Assembly (NCBI RefSeq): GCF_020745735.1
Contig: NC_083410.1
Location: 45,730,117 to 45,794,116 of the forward strand
Length of the DNA: 64,000 nt
Reading direction: 5' to 3'
Origin: Hemiscyllium ocellatum
Taxonomy: Eukaryota
Part shown: piece by piece, positions 1 to 12,790 of the stretch
Layout of the letters: every line of letters begins with the position of its first letter
How positions within the stretch are numbered: position 1 is the stretch's first letter
Position numbers and translations under genes: made by a program
Notes under the pieces: generated by a model
What the model saw: the letters and a program-made list of their open reading frames with translations, nothing else
What the model was told of the DNA's origin: nothing
Databases searched by the model: none

Positions 1-179
1 CATCTCATGCATTGTGGTTGTGTGCTTTTCAAAGCCTTTTGTTTGCTAATTTTAGCTCTCAGTCATTTCTCGGCTACTGGATGTTCACATCATCCCTGTC
101 TTGCCTTGCCCTTTTGTGCTTTGCTGCTTCATTCAGAACTCAGAACTTTCAGAATAGCGACACTGTTAACTATTGTAAA

Positions 180-345
180 AATTGATCTGGTCCACTCAGA
201 AGGAAATCTGCCAGCCTTTCCTGGCCTTGGCTATATTGGACTCCAGACCCACAGAAATACAGTTGATTCTAAAACATGTTTTGAAATGGCCTAGCAAGCC
301 ATGCAGCTCAAGGGCAATATTAGAAAAAGCAATAACTGCTGGCTA
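180..345 (+). mobile_element. Degenerate SINE 3' half (MetaSINE-like central domain plus LINE-derived tail)
   Basis: gaaggaaatctgcc...gactccagacccacag...aaatggcctagcaagcc...caagggcaat...gcaataactgctggct. The tail resembles the LINE 3' ends at 10225-10332 and 18065-18340. Confidence 0.5.
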
Positions 346-569
346 AAGAAAGTCTGTCAACAGTCAGGGGCATTCCCAGAGTTAATTAACAGCAGTAGTG
401 AGAGCAGATTGGACTTGACCAGTTAGCATATTCACTGTCAGAGATTTATATCACTGTGCTCCAAGGAAAACTTAACTGTTGGTCCAACAGATCCTGTCCA
501 ATCAGTCTAGAGCTAGCATTAAAGCAAAAGTGGCCAGGCGCCAACTCAAAGACACTCCTCCTAACACTC

Positions 570-845
570 CCTTGACCATGGCCTCACCTCCACCTCCCCA
601 CCCCCATCACCAAACCATCATCCCCCAGGCCATACACAACTTCATCACCTCAGGGGATCTCCCATCCACAGCTTCCAACTTCATAATTCAGGAACACTGC
701 ACCACCCAATTCTACCTCCTACCTAAGATCCATAAGCCTGACTACCTCGGCCGACTCATTGTCTCAGCCTGCTCCTGCCCCACCGAATTCATCTCCACCT
801 ACCTCGATACTGTCCTATCCCCCCTGGTCCAGGAACTCCCCATGT
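570..845 (+). mobile_element. Penelope-like element, reverse transcriptase fragment
   Basis: FYLLPKIHKPDYLGRLIVSACSCPTEFISTYLDTVLSPLVQELP, the typical PLE RT motif (LPKIHK..PGRPIVS). Confidence 0.85.
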
Positions 846-3030
846 GTTCCAAGAGCTGCCTGCTTTACATGGATTGGGCCTGGAAGACAACTCCTTGGAG
901 ACTCCTGACCTTCTTATAAACCACTGACTGAAGCTGTGTGTAGATATAATGTAGCTCATTTTTCTACCGGAGCCACAGCACAGCAGATCATAGATGTATA
1001 TATTATAGATGGGTCCCCAAGGGCTGCAAAGTTAGAGTCTTGGTTTGGAGGGTTGCAATTGAGATAAGTATAGGATCAGTTTAATTATTACACAGGAGTT
1101 ATACTATGTATTTAAAAGTCTAAATTTTCCTGCGTAATTATTTTACTTAATTTCACCATAACCATCCAAAGTCTTTGATTTTAATGGAAACTTTTGAAGG
1201 GTTACAAACATTGTGGAATTGTCCAGCAGTAAATTCAGTTTCCTGGGTAATTCCTTCAGAGAATACTACAGCGGGGATTGTGCAGTGTTCCCATATGTAA
1301 ATTCATCCATATCTGCATGACAACCACCTGACAAGGGGAAAATCTACCACATTTCTTAATGAATTCTTAGTATAATGAATGTGCTCTGAACATTTCAAAT
1401 CATATTATAAACTAATCATTACACTTCCTTAAAAGAGTAGAATTTTATATGTCTTAATACATTTTTTTGTTGGCATTTAAGTTGTTTATACATGAGACTG
1501 GCGGAGGAAATCAAGTTTACTGAAAAAATAGCTTGGTTCTGATTAATTTTGTTCATATTTGCAACAGTGAAGGTGCTAAAATGTTTTAACACCAAATAAT
1601 AAACTGCAAATGCAGTGTAGCAAACTCGTTTTAGAAGTGTTAATTTATATAACAGATTGTTTTGAGATTGTAGAGTGATGGACCAATGCAGCATCAGCTT
1701 TGTCATCTTTTACAGCAATCATTAATTGCGTAATGGGTGGAAAGACTACAAAAGCTTAAGTAGCACTTATCGACCATGCATGAACAGTCTGATCACACAC
1801 AGCAAGCTTTTGGGGAGATCTGGGGTCCAACATGCGTACGTTTAAAAGAGACTCATTGTCTTTGGGTAGATATCTTTACCTCCTACTCCACCAAGCAGAT
1901 AAACATTTCATGAAGTCAGATCCTGGCAACTCCAGCACCTAGTGACCTAGGCATTTTCCACTGTCCACCGGTTCAGTTCCCACTACATTGACAATGTTAA
2001 CATTTCCCTGCATAAATGAAGTCAGTGAGGATGAGCCAACACTTTCTACAGTCGTTATGATATCAACAATATTCAAATACACTAATCAAGTGACTTTATC
2101 CTCTGCCCAATTTCTTAAGTATGAGATAATAGGAATTATTTCCTCAGCCAAGTGAACCGAGACAATCTACTGAACATATAATCTATATGAGTTCATTCAT
2201 TTCCTAAAGCACTCCAAAGTAAATTGCATTGAGGTGGCTGTTACGTTAAATATATCAGTCTGAACTAAATGGTTTTTTGCAGTTGAATCTAATGAAATGG
2301 ATTTAGAGACACACTTGTAATACTGGACCTATGCATTATTTTAGAAGAAAAATGACTTAAACTAGTTAGCTTTATTAACTGTTTTTTCAATAAGTTGCCT
2401 TCACAACATAATCCAGGATTTTTCTGTGATAGACTTCAAATATCTTCCATAATTATTCAAGTTATCCACTCCTCTTTCTTCTAGTATTTCAGGTTTGCGA
2501 GAACTGGCTTTAGTCCTCATTAACGGCATAAACAATAAAAAATGTATATATTGTAAATATATATATTTAAATTATCATATTTTATGAACACGAGTACTTG
2601 ATAATTAAAACTTTACCTTAATATAAGCACATTTTCTTAGGACAATGCAAGACTTCCTTATTCATCAATAGTTACTTTTAAATTATCAAATTTTCTTCAA
2701 TATTACAAATATTATTTTCTAAAACCTTCTTGAAATTGATTTTAAAAATCTTAAAATTATGTTTTATCAGGGAATTATCAATTATCTTAAATCATCTTGA
2801 CAACTGATATTATGACACCTGGACCTACCTGGTGCAGAATTCAGACATCATTTGCAGGTCTCTACCAAACACTGAATATAATAAATTCTTGTCCTTGATA
2901 GTCTCCTGAAAATGTTAAATAAGGAAGCAATCACTAGCAACATCTATAAATAACTCAATTTTACCTTCTTATGTACTTAACAGCCTTTATCGGACCAACT
3001 AATGAAAACACTGTAAATATTCCCCAACAT

Positions 3031-3816
3031 AATATTGGTCCAGAAATTCTGATGGCCAGATAGTCAGTTCTTCAAGGTGGATTGGAGTTGCCCAGCAGCA
3101 CCGTGCAGAAATTGTCTCAGGCAATTGCATGGCATCTGGAACTCTCAAAAACAATGTCTTTGAGTCAGGGAGATTACAAATTGGTTCCTGACCTACTTAA
3201 GTTCAATAGTATTCAGGAGAAGTTAATAGGAATAAAAAACTACTGGAAAACAATAAGCTGAAACCTCAGATTGTTACTGATCCCTCAACAACTACAACAT
3301 CTGACCCTGACACCCCTGAACCCAAGAAACTCAATTCCCTGACCTAACCATTCCTTCCTGACCAAGCCCCACCAGACTTGACACTCACCTCTCAATCTAT
3401 CTTAAGCTCTCACCCCCTATCTGACACCCTGCATGCTCAGTGACCAGGCACCCTAGCCCCTGTCACCTACCTGACAACGATAACCATCTAATCCATTTAC
3501 AAACTTAACCCCTCACCCACACAACTCTTTATCCCACACCTCATCCAACAGTAACCTAATCCCACCCCTACCTTACCTTCTCCGAGCTGCTGTCAGTTAA
3601 ACTACACAATGTAGCACCTTTACTGCTGAAAGGGAGGGAGAAAGGGGAATGGTTTCCACACTGATCCACTCAGTGTCTGGGTATAATGTTTCCTAGTTTG
3701 CTGTCCCTGCTCTTTCATAACAGGATGCTCTTGTTCAAAAAATTCCAAGGCAGAACTGATTGAAAGAGAGGTGTGTAGGATTTTTGGTAATGATTTTGAA
3801 TTTCTGGGCTAATATT
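3031..3816. mobile_element. Putative MITE / non-autonomous DNA transposon
   Basis: Terminal inverted repeat: aatattggtccagaaattc (3031-3049) versus gaatttctgggctaatatt (3798-3816), 17/19 complementary. Non-coding, C-rich interior. Confidence 0.45.
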
Positions 3817-4003
3817 GGCCAGTTCTATCTTGCCTGGGCCAATCTACTATGGGGGCTGCAATAGATGTCGAGGATGATGATTGAACAAAGCCTTTCCTAT
3901 AAATTTGCTCAAAATATTCCAACGAATAAAAAAATAATTAAATGGGGACAGATTACTATGTCTGGAAGTATCTCAGTACCTTGAGCACATTTCCTTGTTT
4001 TAG

Positions 4004-4395
4004 CATAGAACATAGAACTTTACAGCACAGTACAGGTCCTTCGTCCCTCGATGTTGCACTGACCTGCAAAATTAATCTGGTGCCCATCTAACCTACACTA
4101 TTCCATTATTGTCCACATGCCTATCCAATGGCCATTGAAATACCCTTAACGTCAGCAAGTCTACTACTCTTACAGACAGGCCGTTCTATGCCCCTACAAC
4201 TCTCTGAGTAAAGAAACTAACCCTAATATCTGTCCTAAATCTATAACCCCTCAAGTTAAAGCTATGTCCCTTCGTGGTAACCTTCACCATCCGAGGAAAA
4301 AGGCTCACACTGTCTACCCTATCTAACCCTCTGATTATCTTAAATGCCTCGATTAAGTCACCTCTCAACCTTCTTTTTTCCAATGAAACAGTCTT
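4004..4395 (-). mobile_element. CR1 LINE 3' end (5'-truncated)
   Basis: SLEKRRLRGDLIEAFKIIRGLDRVD...TKGHSFNLRGYRFRTDIRVSFFTQRVV, with a (TTCTATG)n tail at ~4004-4018. Confidence 0.9.
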
Positions 4396-6427
4396 CATTC
4401 CAGTTTTCATCCAAGTCCTATTCTAATTAACTGCACCAGAATGTCAATTGGTTAATTCCCAGCTATGATGGACAAGTCGGTGGTGCACACTCATTTTCCA
4501 AGTTCATATATTTGGGGAGGTGCTACCACAATGAAACCATCCCCCCAGTGTGATCAGAATCTTCCAAAGAGATGAGAAGTAGACGTGGGGAAAATATACT
4601 TTAAAAATGTTTAGGTTATTTTGCATCTACACTGAATGTTCTGAAAACAGTTCAGAAGTGATGATGGCAATTTACTTTGACATTTATAATCACCACGAAT
4701 GTGAGTTCCAAGCTATCACACTAATGTATGCACAAAACAATGCTGACCAGTGAGGTAACTCACAAGATATTTCAAATCAGCAAGAGCTGCGTAGACTTAT
4801 GGAGAAATTATAACACAGAAAGTGTATTCGGCATATCAAGTTTACGTTGAGGTATCCTTTGTACTCTTCCCATGTGCCTGCTGGGTTTCCACATCCCCTA
4901 ACTCCCCTTCCCACCAATGGTCTAACTAATCTATCCTAAAATGTTGTTAAGGGCCACGACTGTGTCATCATTCTAGGAATGGAGTGTTAACTGTGTCAGC
5001 TCCATAGAGTAGGCCCGACAAAATCAAGTTCTTATCCGGCCCTTATAAGCGGCCACCTTTGTACCTTCCCCATAATTACACCACCAGTGACTGACGGTCC
5101 ACCCTCTGAGAACTACCAAACAATTAGTCGTTCCACAAGGTCCCACACCAGTGACCTGCCAAAGGGATAGGAAACACATACGCCCTGATTTAATCCATGA
5201 GCTGTGACTAAATTGTGGTGGGCTTATGGAAAACTGGTATAATTGGGCCATTAATGAGCCTAACTGACACCACACCATTGGAGACTAGGTATCCACTGTC
5301 AGCTCCTTCTGCACTCTAACTTAATCAGGAGTAGCTGTATCACTGACATAGGGCCTCTCCCATGATTAATTGACCACGCCGCCAATTATCCCCCACAATA
5401 AGCTGCATCAAATCCAGAGCTTAACCTTCACCTGAATTATTAGAGTTGACAAGGGATAACAGATCTTGAATGATTCATAACAATCCTCAAATGAATATAA
5501 TTGACTACTGCTTTGTACTGCAATAATAGGACATTTGGTGGTGGCAGAAAAGAAGAAGTGATAGAGGCGCCGCCTGTTACATATTTTTCAGAATATTCCT
5601 TTCCATTTGAAGTTGACCGAGCAAGATGTTTGATAGGCAGCCCATCCAGAACCACTTGTTTTCCACTATTGCCAATAATTAAATTAACGCTAATGTTTCT
5701 TCAGAGATCTTTTCTGATATATTAATGAAAATCAATTCTATGTGTTTGAAGCAAAATTGGGAGGAATGTGGAACTCATTTTTTAGTCACTGCGACAAAGA
5801 AATAAAGAGTAACTTGTTTGCCTCTCACACTCCATTCACAGCAAGGCAAGATTTGCATGTAACATTATTTGGAAATATAAGGTTACATATTTTCATCTGA
5901 TGGTGAGCATTATTGGTGAAATTCTGGATTGGATTTTACAGTCAGCTACTGGTAGATTCAATTGATTGGAAGGAGCCAAATTACAAAATGCTCAGTGCTG
6001 CCTGCACATTCCTTCTTGCCCTGTCTCTCGCTCTCAATCTATTTTCTAATTTCCTTCCAACAGGGGGCAGTGGAGGCGTCAGGCTCTCCTGGGTTTGTCG
6101 ACACCCTTCCACATGACCAATGAAGTGAGTCATCATATTACTGCCACTGTGTGACTCACAGCAATGTAGACCCGCACTAAATGGGGAGCCTAGCAGCTTT
6201 CACTGGAAAGGCTGATGACAGACAAGGGAGGAATATTCTTTGGGGATTTCTTGTGCCCGCCAGAGGCCCCTCCATCCACAGTCATACCTGCAACCTACTG
6301 AACCCTCCACCCTTGTTTGTCTCTCAAACTCAATCCCCATCCTGACACACCCCCTCAATGGGATCTGTCAGCCAGGTCCTGCCAAAATCCTGGACATCCC
6401 TTAGGCCCACCTTCCATGATTTCCTCT

Positions 6428-6616
6428 TAGAGTCATAGAGTCATAGAGACATATAGCATGGAAACAGACCCTCCGGTCCAACTTGTCCACACTGACTAGA
6501 TATCCTAATCCATATAGTCCCACTTGCCAGCACTGGCCCATCTCCCTTCAAACTCTTCCTGTTCATATAACCATCCAGATGCCTTTAAAAATGTTCCAAT
6601 TGTACTAGCCACCACC
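6428..6616 (-). mobile_element. CR1 3' UTR/tail, part of the rearranged CR1 at 6428-9390
   Basis: (TCTATGAC)n tail on the - strand and CR1 3' UTR sequence. Confidence 0.8.
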
Positions 6617-7790
6617 AAAAGGATAGACCAGATCTAAAAATTGAAGTTCTAAATTGGAGAAAGGACAATTTTGACGGTGTTAGGCAAGAACTTTCAAAAG
6701 CTGATTGGAAGCAGACGTTCGCAGGTAAAGGGACGGCTCGAAAATGGGAAGCCTTCAGAAATGAGATAATGAGAATCCGGAGAAAGTATATTCCTGTTAG
6801 GGTGAAAGGAAAGGCTGGTAGGTATAGGGAATGCTGGATGACTAAAGAAACTGAGGGTTTGTTTAAGAAAAAGAAGGAAGCATATGTCAGGGATGGACAG
6901 GAGAAATCAAGTGAAGCCTTAGAAGAGTATAAAGGCAGCATGAGTATACTTAAGAGAGAAATCAGGACGGCAAAAAGGGGGCATGAGATAGCTTTGGTAA
7001 AGAGAATTAAGGAGAATCCATTAAGAACAAAAAGGTAACTTGGGAGAGAATAGGGCCCCTCAAAGATCAGTAAGGCAGCCTTCTTGTGGAGCCGCAGAAA
7101 ATGGGGGAGTAAATACTAAAAGAGTATTTTGCATCAGTACTTACTGTGGAAAAGGACATGGAAGATCTAGAATGTAGGGAAATAGATGGTGACCCCTTGA
7201 AAAATGTCCATATTACAGAGGAGGAAGTACTGGATGTCTTGAATGCATAAAGGTGGATAAATTCCCCAGGACATGATCAGGTGTACCCTAGAACTCTGTG
7301 GGAAGCTAGGGAAGTGATTGCTGGGCCTCTTGCTGAGATATTTATATCATTAATAATCACAGGTGAGGTGCCAGATAACTGGAGGTTGGCTAACGTGGTG
7401 TCTCTGTTTATGAAGGGTGGTAAGGACAAGCCAGGGAACTATAGACCAGTGAGCCTGACATCGGTGGCAGGCAATTTGTTGGAGGGAATCCTGAGGGACA
7501 GGATGTACATGTACTTGGAAAGGCAAGGACTAATTAGGGATAGTCAACATGGCTTTGTGCATGGGAAATCATGTCTCACAAACTTGAATGAGTTTTTTAC
7601 AGAAGTAACAAAGAGGATTGATGAGGGCAGAGCAGTAGATGTGATCTATGTGGACTTCAGTAAGGCGTTCGACAAGGTTTCCCATGGGAGATTGGTTAGC
7701 GAGGTTAGATCTCATGGAATACAGGGAGAACTAGCCAGAACTGGATAGAGAACTGGCTCATTGGTAGAAGACAGAAGGTGGTGGAGAAGG
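6617..7790 (+). mobile_element. CR1 ORF2 middle segment (tether plus RT N-terminus), inverted relative to its flanking pieces
   Basis: YPRTLWEAREVIAGPLAEIF...VPDNWRLANVVSLFMKGGKDKPGNYRPVSLTSV...SQHGFVHGKSCLTNL...DVIYVDFSKAFDKVSH, with frameshifts and stops. Confidence 0.92.
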
Positions 7791-7828
7791 ATATCTACCT
7801 GTGACTGGATTCTCGTTATCTCAGAGTA

Positions 7829-7945
7829 GGCCCAACAAGTCCACACCGACCCTCTGAAGAGCAACCCACCCAGACCCATTCCCTACATCTAGCCCTTCAC
7901 CTAACACTATGGGCAAGTTAGCATGGCCAATTCACCTAACTTGTA
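7829..7945 (-). mobile_element. HE1/V-SINE internal fragment
   Basis: ggcccaacaagtccacaccgaccctctgaagagcaacccacccagacccattccc...gcatggccaattcacctaac, the reverse complement of part of the 56713-57018 element. Confidence 0.8.
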
Positions 7946-8262
7946 CAGCCAACAGTGGCCTAACCAATGTCCTGTGCAGCTGCAACATGATCTCCTTACT
8001 CCTGTGCTCAACACTCTGACCAATAAAGGAAAGCATACCAAATTCATTCTTCACTATCCTATCTACCTGTGACTCCACTTTCAAGGAGCTATGAACCTGC
8101 ACTTCAAGGTCTTTTTGTTCAACAACACTCCCCAGAACCTTAACATTAAGTGTACAAGTCCTGCTAAGATTTGCTTTCCCAAAATGCAGCACCTTGCATT
8201 TATCTGAATTAAACACCATCTGAAACCTCTCAGCCCATCTGATCAAGATCGTATTATAACCT
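7946..8262 (-). mobile_element. CR1 ORF2 C-terminal segment
   Basis: WAERFQMVFNSDKCKVLHFGKAN...EQKDLEVQVHSSLKVESQVDRIVK...IMLQLHRTLVRPLL. Confidence 0.88.
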
Positions 8263-9390
8263 AAGGTAACCCCTCCTCTCTTGCCTCCCATTCTATTCTT
8301 CCTGATAGCATTTGTATCCTGGAATATTAAGCTGCCAGTCCTGCCCATCCCTGAGCCATGTTTCCATAATTGCTATGATATCCCAGTCCCATGTGCGTAA
8401 CCATGCCCTGAGTTCATCTGCCTTCCCTGTTAGGTCCCTTGCATTGAAATAAATGTAGTTTAATTTATCACACCTATCTTGTTCTCTGCTTTATCCCTGC
8501 CTGCCCCGACTGTTTGGCTTGCTTCTATTCTCAACTGTACCAGTCTCAGGTTGATCTCTTTCCTCACTATCTCCCTAAGTCCCACCCTTCCCCCCACCTT
8601 ACTAGTTTAAATCATCCTGAGAAGCTCTAGCAAATCTCCCTGCCGGTATATTAGTCCCCTTCCAATTTAGGTGCAATCCGTCCTTCTTGTATAGGTCACT
8701 TCTACCCCAAAAGAGATCCCAGTGATCCAAAAATGTGAATCCTTCTCCCACACACCAGCTCCTCAGCCATGCACTCATCTGCTCTATCCTCCTATTCCTG
8801 CCCTCTCTAGCTTGTAGTACCCGGAGTAATACAGATATTACTACTCTCAAGGACCTCCTTTTTAAATTCCTGCCTAACTCTCTGTAATCCCCCTTCAGAA
8901 TCTCAACCTTTTCCCTTCCTATGTTATTGATTCCAATGTGGACAATGACCTCTTGCTGGCCCCCCTCCCTCTTGAGAACATTCTGCACCATCTCTGAAAC
9001 ATCCTTGATCCTGGCACCAGGGAGGCAACACATCATTCTGATTTTTCGCTGCTGTCCACAGAAACGTCTGTCTGTACCTTGGGCTAGAGAAGCCCCTAGC
9101 ACAATCAATCTCTTGGAACCCAATGTACCTCTCATTGCATCAGAGCCAGTCTCAGTACCAGAAGCTTGGCTGTTCGTGTTACGTTCCCCTTACATTTTCT
9201 AAAACAGCATACTTGTTTGAAATAGGGATAGCCACAGAAGACTTCTGCATTAACTGTCTATCTTTATGACCTTTCCCGGAGTTAACCCATCTATGTGACT
9301 GTATCTGTGATGTTTCCCCCTTCCTATAACTGCTATCAATCACATCCCCTTGCTCTTGTAAATTCTTCATTGCTTCTAACTGTCTCTTGT
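8263..9390 (-). mobile_element. CR1 ORF1 (SGNH/esterase-like) and start of the ORF2 endonuclease
   Basis: RMMCCLPGARIKDVSE...VIVHIGINNIG...WLRSWCVGEGFTFLDHWDLFWGRSDLYKKDGLHLNWKGTN, and GGKRGGV of the APE domain. Confidence 0.88.
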
Positions 9391-10224
9391 TCAGTGACTG
9401 ATTGAAGTTCCAGTAGCAACCACCACTCAAAGCTAGTACTGCTGAGGCTCCAGAATGGATGGACAGATAAATAAGGTCAGCTCAGAAACAACCAAGTTAA
9501 AATAGCTGAGGGGTACCAGAGGCTCTCAGTTTAAAACATTGTAGACATGGTAGCCATGGAAGCTGTGTGATTATTCTGTCAAATGCATTAAGTATCAACT
9601 TCGAAATCCTTCTATCATATGCCAGTGACAGGCAATAATGGAAGCAGAGATTCCTGATCAGTCTTGTATTGGAAAGAAATTGAAGCTCTTACTGTCACTA
9701 TCCATAGCTGTAGGCCACAATATTCATGTAAAATTCAATGCTTCCACAGCAACTCAGCAACTGGATAGTTGGTGAGGAACAGATTGATGACAGCTGTGGG
9801 GGGAGAGGGTTGATTTTTGTTCCAGCTGGAATGGACTTGGGTTCTGCCCCTTCATCCTACCTGTAGTAGACTCTGTGGACTTGTGGGTCAGACCTATTTT
9901 CAGTGACAGAACTCAAATCTCAAACAAGCAGCATCAATAAGAAAAATGGGCTAGTGGAACGCATTCACATTTCTTATAAAGATGCATAAAATATTGCAAC
10001 ATAAGGTGTTAAGTATTTGATGAACCAATATCCAATCACTTCCTTTTGTGTTTTCTTTGAATGTTTAGACTAATCAGATTATTTTTAAATGCAGGCTGAA
10101 GTACAATCTCCCAATTAACTTGAGAGTGGTTGGAAGTAATGGTAGTGAACAGGTATTGATGTACATTAGAAGGATTCATCAGGAAATTTGTAAAATCAAA
10201 CTTAGTGCTCAAGTTTAGTGTAGA

Positions 10225-10332
10225 TGGACTGCAGCAGTTCAAGAAGGCAGCTAATCACTACCTTCTTAGGGAATTAGGGATGGGCAGTAAATACTGGCCA
10301 ACCAGCAATGCCCACTTCTCAGAAATGAATAA
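10225..10332 (+). mobile_element. 3' tail of a second CR1-group LINE family
   Basis: atggactgcagcagttcaagaaggcagc...gggaattagggatgggcagtaaatactggcc...aatgaataaaaa. The same tail recurs at 16795-17040(-), 18065-18340(+), 20310-20530(-) and 21225-22640(-). Confidence 0.7.
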
Positions 10333-10760
10333 AAATATTGACTGTTGTAAAGTAGGCATTGAGCAAGTTGCAAATAGCTTACTAAAGTAATATTCCTTAA
10401 AATATCCATATTGATGCCTGATTCACATGAATCCAATGAACGGATTTGAAAACCCAATAACTGAAAAGTGCGAACATAGTTGTAGTTTATTTGATTTAGT
10501 TGATAAATATTTGATTTAGTTGAGAAATATTTCTCTCAGAGAAATATTGTCTTATTAAGATTGACTTCACCAATTTAGGTTACTAATGTGTCTTCTCTGA
10601 CTCTGACTTGAACATTCTTTTTTTGGTTTCATACATATTTCAGTAAGATAACCAGATATGCATTGAACCATTTTTAAGTTTAAATGCTCACTCATATTTC
10701 ATTAACTAACTGGTTTTGGTGACAGCTGGAATTTAGACTGTTTTTCCTCTTCATTTATAG

Positions 10761-10963
10761 AGCCTGAAGGCATGCTACCTCCGGAGGTCAATGTGATCAA
10801 TAGTACAGCTGTTCATGTCATCTGGACATCACCGTCAAAACCAAATAGTCTTGTCACCGAATATTCTATTCATGTGAATAAAAAGCAGCATAATACTGAT
10901 ATGCATTTACCCAGGCCTTTTATATTGACAGACCTTTATCCATTTACTGTATATATGATAAAG
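10761..10963 (+). pseudogene. USH2A: USH2A (usherin) exon, FN3 repeat; homolog of human exon 46. Frame open and splice sites intact, but part of a decayed locus
   Basis: tttatag|AGCCTGAAGG...ATAAAG|gtagga, 203 bp. Translates (E)PEGMLPPEVNVINSTAVHVIWTSPSKPNSLVTEYSIHVNKKQHNTDMHLPRPFILTDLYPFTVYMIK, versus recalled human usherin EPQGMLPPEVVIINSTAVRVIWTSPSNPNGVVTEYSIYVNNKLYKTGMNVPGSFILRDLSPFTIYDIQ. Confidence 0.93.
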
Positions 10964-11606
10964 GTAGGAGTGATTCTTTTAATATATCAAACAATATTAC
11001 AGATCAGGTATTTCATGCTTTCCAGGTCTTCTCCATGTGCATTTTAATATTTTACCTTTTTTCTATTTCAGGATTTTAGACTTGTCATACCATGCATTTT
11101 GCATTGATATAAAGCACTTTGAATTTTGACTTAGTTTTCACAGTGTAGTACAACTCTGATATGCAGTCACCAATATCTAATGCAGGCAGGCAAAGTTAGA
11201 CTACCACATGGCAGTGCACTCACACCAACTTGATTCTACATCAGATACAATATTAGTCCAACTGATGTGATGCAAAATTTTAAAAGCTGTACAATAGTCT
11301 AATAGATTGCCCCAAAAATTTAAAAGTTCATTTTAACCTGTTTGTCTGAAGGCTAGCGATCTTATTTGTGTGAAGAATTACAGTTTCCTTAAATGGATAA
11401 CAAACAGCATCCAGCAGGATAAGTCAAACCTTCCCTTCCAGTCATAACCAGCTTCAACTACATCATTCTAAACATCAATTCTATGTGTATTTTAATCAGA
11501 TTTTCATTTCTCAGTACTTATTTTTGCCTTCTGGTTTGTTATATTACTTTTGGATCTTTTTAAATATCTCTTTACAGAAGTATGACTCATCAAAATAAAT
11601 ATTTTA

Positions 11607-11752
11607 CCGTGGATGTAGGTTTGCTTGCTGAACTGGAAGATTGATTTTCAGATGTTTCCTCACCATACTAGGGAACATCTTCAGTGAACCTCTGGACAGT
11701 GAGCAAACCTACATCCAGAACCTCAACCCGAGCTACAAATCTTCTTAAAACT
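11607..11752. mobile_element. Penelope-derived fold-back fragment with a degenerate hammerhead on the - strand
   Basis: Inverted repeat ggatgtaggtttgct ... agcaaacctacatcc. The - strand at 11647-11688 reads ttca CTGAAGA ... GAAA c ATC tgaa. Confidence 0.65.
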
Positions 11753-11899
11753 TATGAATAGTTTACCGTGTTTACTGAACTTACTGTGTTCAGTCCAAAC
11801 AGCCATTAATTCTGCCCAGTAATTAAAAATAAGTATTCCTGGCACAAGTTGTTGTTTCCTACATCTCTGATACAAAATCCAATACATTGTTGCCTTTAG

Positions 11900-12055
11900 C
11901 GACTGGCTCAGTTGGTACACATTTCTGAATGAAAAAAACTTTATCAGAATTTGAGCATAGAATTCTGAGGACTTCTTCAGTGTACCAGTGACATACTGTT
12001 GTATGGTCAGAATTATGGCCTATTTAAATGGATATAAAATGAGACCCTGTTCAGA
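11900..12055 (+). mobile_element. Degenerate tRNA-headed DeuSINE-like element
   Basis: tggctcagttggta (A box) ... ttgagcata...ttcagtgtacc...ggatataaaatgagaccctg resembles the Deu domain as recalled. A similar relic lies at ~28490-28610. Confidence 0.4.
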
Positions 12056-12149
12056 GAACAGAAGAATACCAGACAGCATACACATCTGTGCAAACATACT
12101 ACTGAGTGTATGTTTGATTCTCCAAAAGACAGGAAGTATTTTGTTCAGT

Positions 12150-12273
12150 TAATCAAATTCTGGATAATCGAATGCTGGATAACATAGTTTAGCTGAGCAT
12201 TGGGACTTTGCAATCTTGCCAGATAATCCAATATTCCGATAATCAAATGCTGGATACTTGAGGTTCCTCTGTA
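12150..12273. mobile_element. Tigger/pogo-like (Tc1-mariner) MITE end
   Basis: Repeated GGATAATC motifs ending in gaggttcctctg-ta, whose reverse complement ta-cagaggaacctc is a Tigger-type TIR with a TA target. Confidence 0.55.
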
Positions 12274-12274
12274 G

Positions 12275-12790
12275 TTAGAAGCAGGCGTACACTATTTGCC
12301 CCTCAAGCACACTTCACCATTAATAACATCTTAGTGATTAATAGTAATAGTGATCAGATTGTGACCTCAACTCCATTTTACTATCGCCTTTGACTCCCTT
12401 GATGGTCAAGAGTCCATCTACTCTTGGCAATGGCTCTGCCTCCACCATACTCTGGGGAAAATAATTCTTCAGACTCATGGTTCACTGAAAGAAAAGAGAC
12501 ACTCCTCATCTCCAACTTAATTCCCTTATGTCTCCGAGCTCTAGTCTCCCCACAATGGGAAACATCCTTTCAACATCAACCCTGTCAAATCCCCTCAGAT
12601 CTTAAATCTTATCTGTTTCAGTAAGATCATCTCTCAACCTCCTAACTCCATATGATATGCACTCAAGCTGTCTAACCTTTCCTCAAAGGATAATCCCCTC
12701 ATCGCAAGAATCTGTTGAGTGAATCTTTTCTGAACAGCTTTGAATAAAATTATATCCTTTCTGAAACAAGGAGACCAAATCTGTAGTACT
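12275..12790 (-). mobile_element. Old CR1 3' fragment
   Basis: QIWSPCFRKDIILFKAVQKRFTQQILAMRGLSFEERLDSL, followed by a degenerate 3' UTR. Confidence 0.8.

Noticed and set aside
10390-10470. Possible remnant of the USH2A exon-45 homolog (SLK..ILMPDSH..DLKPNTE-like)
   Set aside because: It needs several indels, has no flanking homology or splice sites, and cannot be distinguished from chance by eye.
10772-11047. 91-aa ORF as a standalone FN3 mini-gene
   Set aside because: It is an internal USH2A exon read through its donor at 10964; homology ends at the splice site.
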